64,000 bases of DNA from Rhodothermales bacterium (GTDB lineage: Bacteria; Bacteroidota; Rhodothermia; Rhodothermales; Bin80), in assembly GCA_022821875.1 (NCBI GenBank), contig JAJECV010000005.1, positions 365-64,364 of the forward strand, read 5' to 3'. The notes below the pieces were generated by a model. That model searched no databases and was not told where the DNA came from. It worked only from the letters and a program-made list of their open reading frames with translations. The position numbers and the translations under genes are program-made. Position 1 is the stretch's first letter, and every line of letters begins with the position of its first letter. This document shows positions 48,078 through 57,313 of the stretch, piece after piece.

Positions 48078-49160
48078 ATGATTCTGACGACAATGGACCG
48101 CCATATGATGGTACGGACGCTGCTTTCGTATGCGTTCCTGATCGTGGTATTGGTCATTTTCTTTATCCTGATTCACTATCTGGAGCATATTGACGACTTT
48201 CTGGATCGCAGTGCGCCAATGCGAAAAATCTATCTGATCTATTATCCCAGTTTTATCCCGAACATTATTCTGCAGGTCTCCCCTCTGGCCCTCTTCCTGT
48301 CTGCCATCTTTACGACAGGCCGGCTTGCACAGTCCCTGCAGGTGATCGCACTGCAGACCAGTGGCGTTGCGCTCCAGCGTTTGGCCATGCCCTATCTAGC
48401 TGTCGGCCTCTTCGTGAGCATGCTTACCTTTTTTGCCGGCGGATGGATGGTTCCTCACACGAATCAGACCGTGCTCTCCTACGATCAGCTTTATATCAAC
48501 AGCCGGGCGCAACACCTTTATGTGAGCGAAATTCACCGCCGGAACGATCCCGCCAGTGTCGTTACGGTGGGCTATTTTGACCGCCGTACCAGTACCGCGC
48601 ACCGGGTTCAATTACAACGGTTCAAGCCGGACGGCACGCTGCTTGAACGTGTAGACGGACAGCAGATGATGTGGCAGGACTCGCTTTGGCATTTTACCTA
48701 TGCAACCATTCGAACCTTTGATGCCGGCCGGGAAAAGCGCCAGATCGTGGCCCCTCTGGACACGGTTTTGAAGGTGCTTCCCCGGGATCTCGCACGCACA
48801 GAGAGGGATATTGAATCCATGACCATCCCGGTGGCGGCCGGCTATGTGGATGCGCTGAAACGCAGTGGCCTGCCGGATACCGGGCGGGACATGGTAGGCT
48901 ATTATTCCAAGTATGCCTCCCCCCTTACCAATGTTATTGTCATGCTGATTGCGCTTCCACTGGCCTGTAGAAGGCGGCGTGGCGGCCAGACCGTGCAGAT
49001 CGGACTCGGCCTGCTGGTGGCATTCATTTATTTGGCGGCCCAGAAACTCACCGAACCCTTTGGGTACACCGGGGAGATTGCGCCCCTTCTGGCCGTAATC
49101 CTGCCGCACGCCGCGTTTTTGACCGGTGCGCTGGCGGCACTGGTGATGGCACGCAAATAG
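48078..49160 (+). CDS. LptF/LptG family permease (YjgP/YjgQ)
   Basis: MDRHMMVRTLLSYAFLIVVLVIFFIL... is a typical LptF/G N-terminus. Six TM segments with a central periplasmic domain. The start may be the ATG at 48093. Confidence 0.8.
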   Translation: MILTTMDRHMMVRTLLSYAFLIVVLVIFFILIHYLEHIDDFLDRSAPMRKIYLIYYPSFIPNIILQVSPLALFLSAIFTTGRLAQSLQVIALQTSGVALQRLAMPYLAVGLFVSMLTFFAGGWMVPHTNQTVLSYDQLYINSRAQHLYVSEIHRRNDPASVVTVGYFDRRTSTAHRVQLQRFKPDGTLLERVDGQQMMWQDSLWHFTYATIRTFDAGREKRQIVAPLDTVLKVLPRDLARTERDIESMTIPVAAGYVDALKRSGLPDTGRDMVGYYSKYASPLTNVIVMLIALPLACRRRRGGQTVQIGLGLLVAFIYLAAQKLTEPFGYTGEIAPLLAVILPHAAFLTGALAALVMARK

Positions 49161-49490
49161 CTACGCCTCTCCTAAAACGCCGCCGCCGAACTGTATGGGA
49201 AGATCCGGGCTGTCACTATCCGAAATCGGCCCATTCGTATCCTCAAACCGATCAATATTTTCGGCCAGTGCACGCAAAAACCGCTTCGCATGCCTGGGTG
49301 TAACAATGATCCGGCTCTTGACCCGGGCTGCGGGCACGCCAGGCATCACACGGATGAAGTCCAGAATGAACTCCTCCCGTGAATGGCCGATCATGACCAG
49401 ATTAGAATACTCTCCCTCTGCAATCTTCTCATTTAACTCAATATTGAGTTTTGAATCTGAATCTCCCATGTCTGTGTTTTCGTCTTCCAT
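49161..49490 (-). CDS. DUF3467 domain-containing protein
   Basis: GEYSNLVMIGHSREEFILDFIRVMPG...RIIVTPRHAKRFLRAL is the DUF3467 pattern. Confidence 0.7.
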   Translation of the reverse strand: MEDENTDMGDSDSKLNIELNEKIAEGEYSNLVMIGHSREEFILDFIRVMPGVPAARVKSRIIVTPRHAKRFLRALAENIDRFEDTNGPISDSDSPDLPIQFGGGVLGEA

Positions 49491-49509
49491 AATGGCAATA
49501 TTTTTTTAT

Positions 49510-50496
49510 TCAAATGAGGTTGTGCTCTCGCATCCAGTCATCATTATACGTCTTGCTGATATATTTCATCCCCGAATCAGGCAGTAAAACAACAATGACT
49601 GAATCTGGACGGATCTCTTGGGGATGGTGTTCAAGCCATTGGAGTGCCCCCGACAGGACCAGTCCGCTTGACTGCCCCGCAAAGATCCCCTCCTCTTTCA
49701 CTAATCGGCGCGCCATCTTCATGGCATCCTGATCACTGGCCCGCGTATAATCATTCAGCAGGTCCATGTGCATATTCCCTGCCAGATACTCCTTGCCTGC
49801 TCCCTCAATCTGATTCGCATAGATTTCATCAGGGACAATGATCCCTTCGTGGAAGTAGGTAAAGTAGGAGGAACCGTAGCAATCCACCCCAATCACCTGA
49901 ATCTCCGCATTCTGCTCTTTCAGATACATCGCACTGCCGGATATCGTGCCTCCTGTGCTTGCGGTCGCGAAAAAGTGCGTTACCTGACCTTCGGTCTGCT
50001 CCCAGATTTCGGGGCCGGTCGTCTGATAATGTGCCTGCACATTCGCTTCATTGTAGTATTGATTGAGATAAACGGCACCGGGAGTCTCTGCTGCAATTCT
50101 TTCTGCTGTGCTGTAATAGGACTGCGGATCTTCCGGATCAACATCCTTCGGGCATATCACCAGATCCGCCCCGTAGGCCGTAAGCAGGTCACGTTTTTCT
50201 TTACTGACCTTCTCGGTTGCCGTAAAGATACACCGGTAACCTTTCAGTCTGGCGGCCTGCACAATACCTGTCCCGGTGTTGCCGCTTGTCGCTTCCACGA
50301 TAACGCCACCGGGCTTCAACTGCCCCGACGCTTCCGCCGCCTCAACCATGGCATAACCAATGCGGTCTTTTACCGACCCCCCTGGATTGAACGACTCTAA
50401 TTTGACCAAAACCGTACAAGCCATATCTTTCGTCAGCCGGTTCAATTTTACGATGGGGGTGTTCCCGATGGTCTTGAGTATATTCGGATGCCACAT
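49510..50496 (-). CDS. PLP-dependent cysteine synthase family protein (CysK/CysM/CBS-like)
   Basis: ILKTIGNTPIVKLNRL, LESFNPGGSVKDRIG (PLP Lys), TSGNTG, GGTISG. ATG at 50496. Confidence 0.85.
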   Translation of the reverse strand: MWHPNILKTIGNTPIVKLNRLTKDMACTVLVKLESFNPGGSVKDRIGYAMVEAAEASGQLKPGGVIVEATSGNTGTGIVQAARLKGYRCIFTATEKVSKEKRDLLTAYGADLVICPKDVDPEDPQSYYSTAERIAAETPGAVYLNQYYNEANVQAHYQTTGPEIWEQTEGQVTHFFATASTGGTISGSAMYLKEQNAEIQVIGVDCYGSSYFTYFHEGIIVPDEIYANQIEGAGKEYLAGNMHMDLLNDYTRASDQDAMKMARRLVKEEGIFAGQSSGLVLSGALQWLEHHPQEIRPDSVIVVLLPDSGMKYISKTYNDDWMREHNLI

Positions 50497-50637
50497 TTTT
50501 GCATTCTTTGAGCGGTGTTCAACGAAAGTACAGGCCAAATGGTTACGAATCCCGCCAAATTTTTTATGGACACTTTGTCACCTCTAGCGGATTGGCCCAA
50601 TTTTTGACATATCAGGGGTATCACTATTTTACATTTC

Positions 50638-53124
50638 ATGAATACTTGGCCACAAGTACTATTCTCAGAGGAATCACCTGAACAGATTATCCTCCCTCCT
50701 TCTGTGATTGAAGAGGACGAGGATACCTTAACCATACCTGATACCCTGCCGATTCTTGCGTTGCGGAACACGGTTCTCTTCCCCGAGGTCATGCTGCCGA
50801 TCACCGTGGGACGTGAGGCATCGATTAAACTGGTCCGCCATGTGGCCGCAGAAAACAACCTGGTGGGAGTAATCTCGCAGCGGGAACAGAAAACGGATGA
50901 TCCCGATCCCGGCGATCTGTATGAGATGGGGACAGTGGCGAAAATATTAAAATTGCTCAAGATGCCGGATGGTTCAAAGAGCATTATCATTCAGGGCAGG
51001 AAGCGCTTCAAGGTGAAAGAATTCACCCAATCCAAGCCCTACTTCAAGGCGCGTATTGAGGTGCTGGACGAGGAGGAAGAGACCGGCAATGATGTAGAGG
51101 AACGCGCCCTTATGCATTCCATCAAGGAGTCCGCCTCTGAAATGGTGAATCTCCTGCCAAACCTTCCCAATGAGGCGATTGAGGCGATTGAGGACATTGA
51201 CTCGTTCCCCTTCCTGATCCACTTTATTGCCTCCAATCTGCAGATTGATGTGCAGGAAAAACAGGCCATCCTGGAAACGGAATCCCTTATAGAGCGGGGG
51301 CGGCTTCTCATCGAGCACTTGAACAAAGAAATTCAGATTCTGCAACTGTCTGATGAACTTCGCTCACGCATGAAAAATGATGTAAATCAGCAGCAGCGCG
51401 AATTCTTCCTCCGGCAGCAGATGAAAATCATTCAGAATGAACTCGGGGAAGGGAATGATTCAGATGAGCATGATTCCCTGCGGAAGCGTGCAAAAGAAAA
51501 AGAACTCCCCGAGCATGTCATGACGACGTTTGAAAAGGAGATGAAAAAACTTGAGCGTACCAATCCATCCCTGCCGGACTACGCCGTCACACGCAACTAT
51601 GTGGATTGGATCCTTGACCTGCCCTGGACGGAATACACGGAAGACCAATTGGATATTGAGCGGGCAGAGAAGATTTTGGATGAGGATCACCACGGACTCG
51701 ATAAGGTCAAAAAACGGATCATTGAATATCTGGCGGTTCTGAAGCTTAAAGGAGATATGAAAGCACCCATTTTGTGTTTTTATGGCCCTCCCGGAGTGGG
51801 GAAGACCAGTCTGGGCAAGAGTATTGCGCGAGCAGTAGATCGCAAATTTGTCCGCATGAGTCTGGGTGGGGTCCATGATGAGGCCGAGATCCGCGGACAT
51901 CGGCGGACCTACATCGGTGCACTCCCCGGCCGTATCCTGCAGGGACTCAAAAAAGCGGGATCTGTGAACCCGGTTTTCATGCTGGATGAGATTGACAAGG
52001 TCGGAGACCGCCATCGGGGGGACCCCTCCAGTGCACTTCTGGAAGTCCTTGATCCTGAACAGAATAATGCGTTCAATGATCATTACCTGGAACTGGATTA
52101 TGATCTCTCCAAGGTACTCTTTATCGCGACGGCCAATTCGCTCCATACCATCCCCGTCGCACTGCGGGATCGCATGGAGACCATCAATATATCCGGCTAT
52201 ACGCAGGAAGAGAAACTGGCCATTGCCCAGGGCTATCTCATTCCCCGTCAGGTGGAGCATAATGGATTAAAGGAAACGCAGTTTACGATTGATGATACCG
52301 CTCTCGCCTACATCATTGACGGATATACGAGAGAGTCCGGCGTACGCAACCTTGAGCGTACGATTGGCGGGGTTGCTCGCGGGGTTGCCAAAAAAGTGGC
52401 CACCAAAGAAGTGGAGTCTATGAATATTGTGAAGGCGAATATTGAAGAATATCTCGGGGCGCGTAAATTCTACAATGAGGTTGCCGAGCGTACCGAAGTG
52501 CCCGGGGTTGCCACCGGCCTTGCCTGGACTCCGACCGGAGGCGAAATCCTGTTCGTGGAAGCGTCCATTTCCCAGGGGACCGGAAAACTGACCCTGACAG
52601 GAAGTTTAGGGGATGTCATGAAGGAGTCTGCCAGAGCCGCACTCAGTTATATCCGGGCACGCGCAGACGAACTCGAAATCCCGCAGAATGCCTTTAAACA
52701 CTACGATGTGCATGTCCATGTACCTGCGGGGGCTGTTTCAAAAGACGGGCCAAGCGCAGGCATTGCACTGCTCTCCGCACTCGTTTCCATCTACTCGCAG
52801 CGAAAGGTGCGCCACAATCTGGCCATGACCGGTGAGATCACCCTCCGCGGTCTTGTGCTCCCGGTCGGCGGGATCAAAGAGAAGGTTCTGGCCGCAAAGC
52901 GGGCAGGCATTAAGCATGTGCTGCTTCCTTCCAAGAACGAGAACGATATCAAAGATATCCAATCAGACCTGCTGGAGGGGATTGATATCAGTTATGTGCG
53001 TCGCATGAGTCATGTGCTCGAGGTCACCTTGAACGATACGCCCATTCAGGACCCTTCCGAACTGTTCACCATGCCGACCCCTGACAACGGGGTGGTTCAG
53101 GAGTCTGCCGGCGTTGCCGGTTGA
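50638..53124 (+). CDS. lon: ATP-dependent Lon protease (endopeptidase La)
   Basis: [23 protein letters not shown] (LON N domain), Walker [22 protein letters not shown], protease active site DGPSAGIAL. Confidence 0.96.
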   Translation: MNTWPQVLFSEESPEQIILPPSVIEEDEDTLTIPDTLPILALRNTVLFPEVMLPITVGREASIKLVRHVAAENNLVGVISQREQKTDDPDPGDLYEMGTVAKILKLLKMPDGSKSIIIQGRKRFKVKEFTQSKPYFKARIEVLDEEEETGNDVEERALMHSIKESASEMVNLLPNLPNEAIEAIEDIDSFPFLIHFIASNLQIDVQEKQAILETESLIERGRLLIEHLNKEIQILQLSDELRSRMKNDVNQQQREFFLRQQMKIIQNELGEGNDSDEHDSLRKRAKEKELPEHVMTTFEKEMKKLERTNPSLPDYAVTRNYVDWILDLPWTEYTEDQLDIERAEKILDEDHHGLDKVKKRIIEYLAVLKLKGDMKAPILCFYGPPGVGKTSLGKSIARAVDRKFVRMSLGGVHDEAEIRGHRRTYIGALPGRILQGLKKAGSVNPVFMLDEIDKVGDRHRGDPSSALLEVLDPEQNNAFNDHYLELDYDLSKVLFIATANSLHTIPVALRDRMETINISGYTQEEKLAIAQGYLIPRQVEHNGLKETQFTIDDTALAYIIDGYTRESGVRNLERTIGGVARGVAKKVATKEVESMNIVKANIEEYLGARKFYNEVAERTEVPGVATGLAWTPTGGEILFVEASISQGTGKLTLTGSLGDVMKESARAALSYIRARADELEIPQNAFKHYDVHVHVPAGAVSKDGPSAGIALLSALVSIYSQRKVRHNLAMTGEITLRGLVLPVGGIKEKVLAAKRAGIKHVLLPSKNENDIKDIQSDLLEGIDISYVRRMSHVLEVTLNDTPIQDPSELFTMPTPDNGVVQESAGVAG

Positions 53125-53145
53125 CCGGCGATGATGCGGTCTGGG

Positions 53146-53400
53146 TCACGGGGTCGGGGGTGCGTCTTCCGCAGACTCATCCCCGGATTTGTCTTTCTCC
53201 TCCTCGCTGACGGCTGCCTGCACACCAAACAATTCTGTACATTCTCCTGCCACTACATCCATCAGGGTAGAAACCGCCTCAACCGCGGTATTGACCGCCT
53301 GCGTAACCAGAAAGGTTGCTTTCTGATCCAGTTCAAGCCCGCTGAACGCATCGGTTGCTTCCGCAAACGGGTCGCGGTCTGTGTCTTGTGTTGTATCCAT
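53146..53400 (-). CDS. Small acidic hypothetical protein
   Basis: 84-aa ORF between lon and rsgA with no competing gene. No family recognised. Confidence 0.4.
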   Translation of the reverse strand: MDTTQDTDRDPFAEATDAFSGLELDQKATFLVTQAVNTAVEAVSTLMDVVAGECTELFGVQAAVSEEEKDKSGDESAEDAPPTP

Positions 53401-53483
53401 TTCAAATAATCTGATTAAATTATCTCAACTGACTCGTACGAATATGCGAACCTGCATGTTGCAATCCTCCCGTCGCTGACACA

Positions 53484-54419
53484 ATGCCCACCGGTACCGT
53501 TATTCGATCCACAGGAAGCTGGGTGGATGTTCTGGTTGGCCCCCGTGTCATTCCTTCACGGATTCGTGGTCGAATGCGGCTGTTGCACGGAGATGAAACG
53601 CAACCCGTCGCAGTGGGCGATCAGGTCGACATTCTGTCACAGAAGGACGGGACAGGACTTATCACCGAAATCCATGCACGGCATAACTGCCTGTATCGCC
53701 GTGCTGCGGGCCGCAGGGTTGGTAAACGTCAGATCCTGATCGCCAATGTGGATCATATCTGGATTGTGCAGGCGGCAGTTCAACCTTCCTTCAATCCCGG
53801 ATTGATTGATCGGCTGCTGGTTGCCTGTGAAGCACAGGAGATTCCGGCAGGTCTGATCCTCAATAAAATGGACTTAGCGTCCCCGTCACTTTTGTCGGAC
53901 GTTTCGGAACTCTGTACACGCTACACAAAATTAGGATACCAGACTCTGCTCACCAGTGTAGAACATCGAACAACTCTGAACCCATTACGCCGCACACTTA
54001 CCGGCCGTGTCAGTGTATTCCTGGGGCCTTCGGGGGTTGGAAAGTCTTCCCTCCTGAATGCCGTGGATCCGGCAATCCAGGTTCCCGTGGATGTGGTCAG
54101 TCAGAAAACGAACAAGGGCCGCCATACGACTGCACATACTGCGCTGTATCCTCTCTCTATGGGAGGAAGCGTTGCGGATACCCCCGGCATACGTGAATTT
54201 GGATTACTGGATATTGAGCCCTGGGAACTGGCACACTACTTCCCGGACTTCCGTCCATATCTTGCCGAGTGCCGCTATTGCGCCTGCACCCACGACCATG
54301 AGCCAAACTGCGGCGTGAAAAAGGCGTGGCGAATGCAGAAAATCAGCGATGCACGTTACGACAGCTACCTGAGTATTTTGTACTCGCTTCATTTGGGCAA
54401 AGCGGATACCGGTCGCTGA
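53484..54419 (+). CDS. rsgA: Ribosome small-subunit-dependent GTPase A
   Basis: Circularly permuted GTPase order: LNKMDL (G4), GPSGVGKSSLLN (G1), DTPG (G3). C-terminal Zn cluster CRYCACTHDHEPNCGV. Confidence 0.9.
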   Translation: MPTGTVIRSTGSWVDVLVGPRVIPSRIRGRMRLLHGDETQPVAVGDQVDILSQKDGTGLITEIHARHNCLYRRAAGRRVGKRQILIANVDHIWIVQAAVQPSFNPGLIDRLLVACEAQEIPAGLILNKMDLASPSLLSDVSELCTRYTKLGYQTLLTSVEHRTTLNPLRRTLTGRVSVFLGPSGVGKSSLLNAVDPAIQVPVDVVSQKTNKGRHTTAHTALYPLSMGGSVADTPGIREFGLLDIEPWELAHYFPDFRPYLAECRYCACTHDHEPNCGVKKAWRMQKISDARYDSYLSILYSLHLGKADTGR

Positions 54420-54455
54420 CGTGAACCGGCTTCCTTCTGAACCCGACGGAACGGT

Positions 54456-55268
54456 TCACTTTGGCAGCGCCATCAGTGCACGAACAGATCGCATCGCTGC
54501 CCGTGCCAGTCCGACCACGATATATACCAGAAGAACGGAAAGCAGCCCGATATAAGGAAGGAACCCGATCAGTGATACCGCAAGGATATAGGCACCTGAA
54601 GCAACGGGATACTGACGAAGGTAGGCGAAGGAAATTCTTGGCACACCGTCAAAGCGGATCAGAGACACCATAAGCAGCGAGAGGATGACCACAACCGGGA
54701 TAAAGATCTCCAGATCCAGTACGCCTGCACGTGAAAGCCATGTTTCCTGATCAATATTGAGCACAATGGCGATTACAAAATAGGCCTGTACAGGAGTCGG
54801 TAATCCTTCAAAGTCAAGTTTCTTTTCTTCCGAAAATTGCAGATTGAATCGCGCCAGACGTACGGCGGAACACATTACAGGGAGGGCACTGACCATCAGA
54901 CCAAACATCCCGCTGCCTTCCAGTATCCGTGCATAAATCAGGTATGCGGGGGCCACCCCGAACGATACCACATCACATAACGAATCCAGTTCTGCACCGA
55001 AGAGACTGGCTCCACGCGTTAAGCGTGCCGCCATTCCGTCCAGTAAATCGAATAATCCTGCAAGAATAATCAGATAGCATGCATAGGGAAACTGTCCCTG
55101 ATGAATCTGGGTAATTGCGACGAACCCGCAGAACAGATTCATCAACGTAAAAAAAGACGGGACAGCGACGCTGGCCCTGCTCCCTGGACGGGCCCGGGGA
55201 ATCCCATTGTGTTCCTCCCGCGCCCGGCGATCCGAGCGTAGCTTAACGGATCGTCTTTGCTCATTCAT
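54456..55268 (-). CDS. pssA: CDP-diacylglycerol--serine O-phosphatidyltransferase
   Basis: CDP-alcohol phosphatidyltransferase motif DLLDGMAARL...GAELDSLCD. Multi-TM. ATG at 55268 (MNEQRR). Confidence 0.85.
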   Translation of the reverse strand: MNEQRRSVKLRSDRRAREEHNGIPRARPGSRASVAVPSFFTLMNLFCGFVAITQIHQGQFPYACYLIILAGLFDLLDGMAARLTRGASLFGAELDSLCDVVSFGVAPAYLIYARILEGSGMFGLMVSALPVMCSAVRLARFNLQFSEEKKLDFEGLPTPVQAYFVIAIVLNIDQETWLSRAGVLDLEIFIPVVVILSLLMVSLIRFDGVPRISFAYLRQYPVASGAYILAVSLIGFLPYIGLLSVLLVYIVVGLARAAMRSVRALMALPK

Positions 55269-55479
55269 GAGACATGCCCCGACGGTCGGCCCCAAAATAT
55301 AGAAATACCTGTATGCATGTGTGATGGTGGCGGCGTATATGGTTTTAGGAATCTGCAACCTGGATCGGCTCCTTTTTGTCTATGCGGCATATCAGGAAGA
55401 TCCTCATAGGGCATGGTGGCCCTTTTTACCGCCACATTGCGTAATGCCGGGTTCTATTGGTCAAATACTCCCGTAAAAA

Positions 55480-56193
55480 CTATGGATTCCCGATGATGCC
55501 TTCATTACTCTCTGCCGATTCACTCGAAATCGGCTGCACGGCCCCCAGTATACTCACTCCGGCCCGTACCCGATCACCCGTCTTTGCGTTCACCGGTAAG
55601 TCCGCCGGAAATATAATATCCATGCGTGATCCAAACCGGATCAGGCCAAACCGTTCTCCCGCCTTGACCGTATCGCCCTCGGACACCCGATAAAGAATGC
55701 GCCGTGCAAGGCTTCCCGCAATCTGCTTAAATAAAATCCGTCTCCCGGAGGGATGCTCCACCCCGATCTGAGACTGCTCATTGGAGGTGGAGGCCTGTGG
55801 ATGCCAGGCAACCCGAAATGTTCCTGGTTTATAGGAAACATGACGTATGATCCCGCTGGCGGGCACCCGGTTTACATGAACATCCAGTACGGAAAGGAAG
55901 ATTGAGATTCTCCACACCCGCCCTTTCACAAACCGTGGTTCCTCTTCCTGAAGGATTTCCACGATCTTACCGTCTGCAGGGGATAGAATAAGTAAATCTG
56001 AACCCGGTGGTGCACTGCGTTCAGGGTCTCGGAAAAAATAGGCCGTCATCAGCCCTAGTCCGGGCAAAAAGAGCGGCACGAGCACAAATTCAACCCACCT
56101 TGGCATCCCTGGAATCATGAGTATGAGTCCCGCAATCACCAGACCTGTGGCAAATGCGGCGGCCACCGGCACCATCCCTTCGCGAGCAATCAT
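55480..56193 (-). CDS. psd: Phosphatidylserine decarboxylase family proenzyme (short form)
   Basis: Two N-terminal TM helices, SPADGKIV, VLDVHVNRVP, and the self-cleavage-type FGSR motif (LIRFGSRMDIIFP). Adjacent to pssA. Confidence 0.85.
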   Translation of the reverse strand: MIAREGMVPVAAAFATGLVIAGLILMIPGMPRWVEFVLVPLFLPGLGLMTAYFFRDPERSAPPGSDLLILSPADGKIVEILQEEEPRFVKGRVWRISIFLSVLDVHVNRVPASGIIRHVSYKPGTFRVAWHPQASTSNEQSQIGVEHPSGRRILFKQIAGSLARRILYRVSEGDTVKAGERFGLIRFGSRMDIIFPADLPVNAKTGDRVRAGVSILGAVQPISSESAESNEGIIGNP

Positions 56194-56687
56194 TATTTTG
56201 GTGAGGATATTTTCTAGTCTTTGCCGAATGCCTGCGGCATCTTCAAATTATTATATTCGACCAACTGCAAACCTGGGAGAAGCATGTTTTGGCCCATCCA
56301 CGGACAAGGGGAATACCACCCTGCGATGGATTTTATCCGAAAGAGACACACATGGAACTTTGAACGATTTCAAGTGCTCTCATCACACCGTCAGGGACGA
56401 GACATATGGTCTGAAAATATCAAAATTTTAAACCTCTATCGTGCATTCTCCAACAAATACCGGTAGAATTGCGCCTTATCGTTGATAAGTTTATGTAATC
56501 TGAACACGACTGCTTGTTTTCCGGTGATGGTTTCCCTGTCCCCACCGCCTCCATGCAGATGCTCATTATTTCGCTGCTGGCTATCGTACTTCATCCTCTC
56601 CAGAAATGTCCCCTTGCAGGGCAAGGGCCACAGTGTATCTGCGTCGACCTGCAGATCCTTACCTGACCTTGAAACTTCAAATAATTT

Positions 56688-57038
56688 CTATCCAAGTGCA
56701 ATGATTGCAACCATCACTGTCATTGCTGCGAAAAGAAGTGTGATGGCCCCACCGATAGCTCCGATAATCCAGATTATTGAGTTATACTTGCGCTCAAGCG
56801 CCTCCATCCCCACCCTCTGGGACTCGTTGAGTGCGTCCAATTTCGCATTACTGGACTCGTTGAGCGCATCCAGCCGTGAACCAAATCGTTCAATTGTATT
56901 TATGGCAGCCATGTTGTAAATCTCGTTGCTTGCTTCGTGAGCGTCCTGAACGGAAAGTTTCTTCCCTTCAACCAGCTTTCGCAGGAAAGCAAAAAGCTTG
57001 TCTGTGTTGATCGTTGATATGGACATAATATAGTTCAA
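56688..57038 (-). CDS. Hypothetical C-terminally membrane-anchored coiled-coil protein
   Basis: 116-aa ORF with an 11-aa tandem motif (SRLDALNESSNAKLDALNES) and a C-terminal TM IIWIIGAIGGAITLLFAAMTVMVAIIALG. No family recognised. Confidence 0.45.
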   Translation of the reverse strand: MNYIMSISTINTDKLFAFLRKLVEGKKLSVQDAHEASNEIYNMAAINTIERFGSRLDALNESSNAKLDALNESQRVGMEALERKYNSIIWIIGAIGGAITLLFAAMTVMVAIIALG

Positions 57039-57313
57039 ATAGGGTTACATGATTTGAGTTCCCTGTTAAAAATTTTTTCCAGAAAAATTCCATCAATATT
57101 TGGTCTCCGTATGAAGACCAGATCCATTACCCATTATCCCGCCAAAACCACACATCAAGTCATTCCAACGCAAAATCATCCAAACCATGAGACGATACAT
57201 CAAGCTCTCTCTGTGTTCGTGAACCTGCCGAGCCTCCGAGGTTCCAAACTCCTTATCTTAGTTGTCATCGACACCGTTCCGGTTGTCTCTAGACACTTTT
57301 TCCTCCAATCCAT

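Noticed and set aside
50604-50630. TTGACA ... TATTTT pair upstream of lon, considered as a sigma-70-type promoter
   Set aside because: The spacing is only 15 nt, and the -10-like box ends 7 nt before the lon ATG, which would imply a leaderless transcript. I cannot support it without TSS data.
51460-52260. 266-aa ORF antisense to lon. Similar cases: 47287-47928 (sucC), 49768-50400 (cysteine synthase), 44007-44645 and 45009-45623 (lptD-like), 34429-35073 (nagB), 32897-33544 (DUF1080), 26881-27507 (Gfo)
   Set aside because: All are embedded in well-supported genes on the opposite strand and have no independent evidence.
54421-54459. gtgaaccg ... cggttcac inverted repeat after rsgA, considered as a terminator
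   Set aside because: It has only an 8-bp stem with a 23-nt loop, and it overlaps the pssA stop codon. It is too weak to call.
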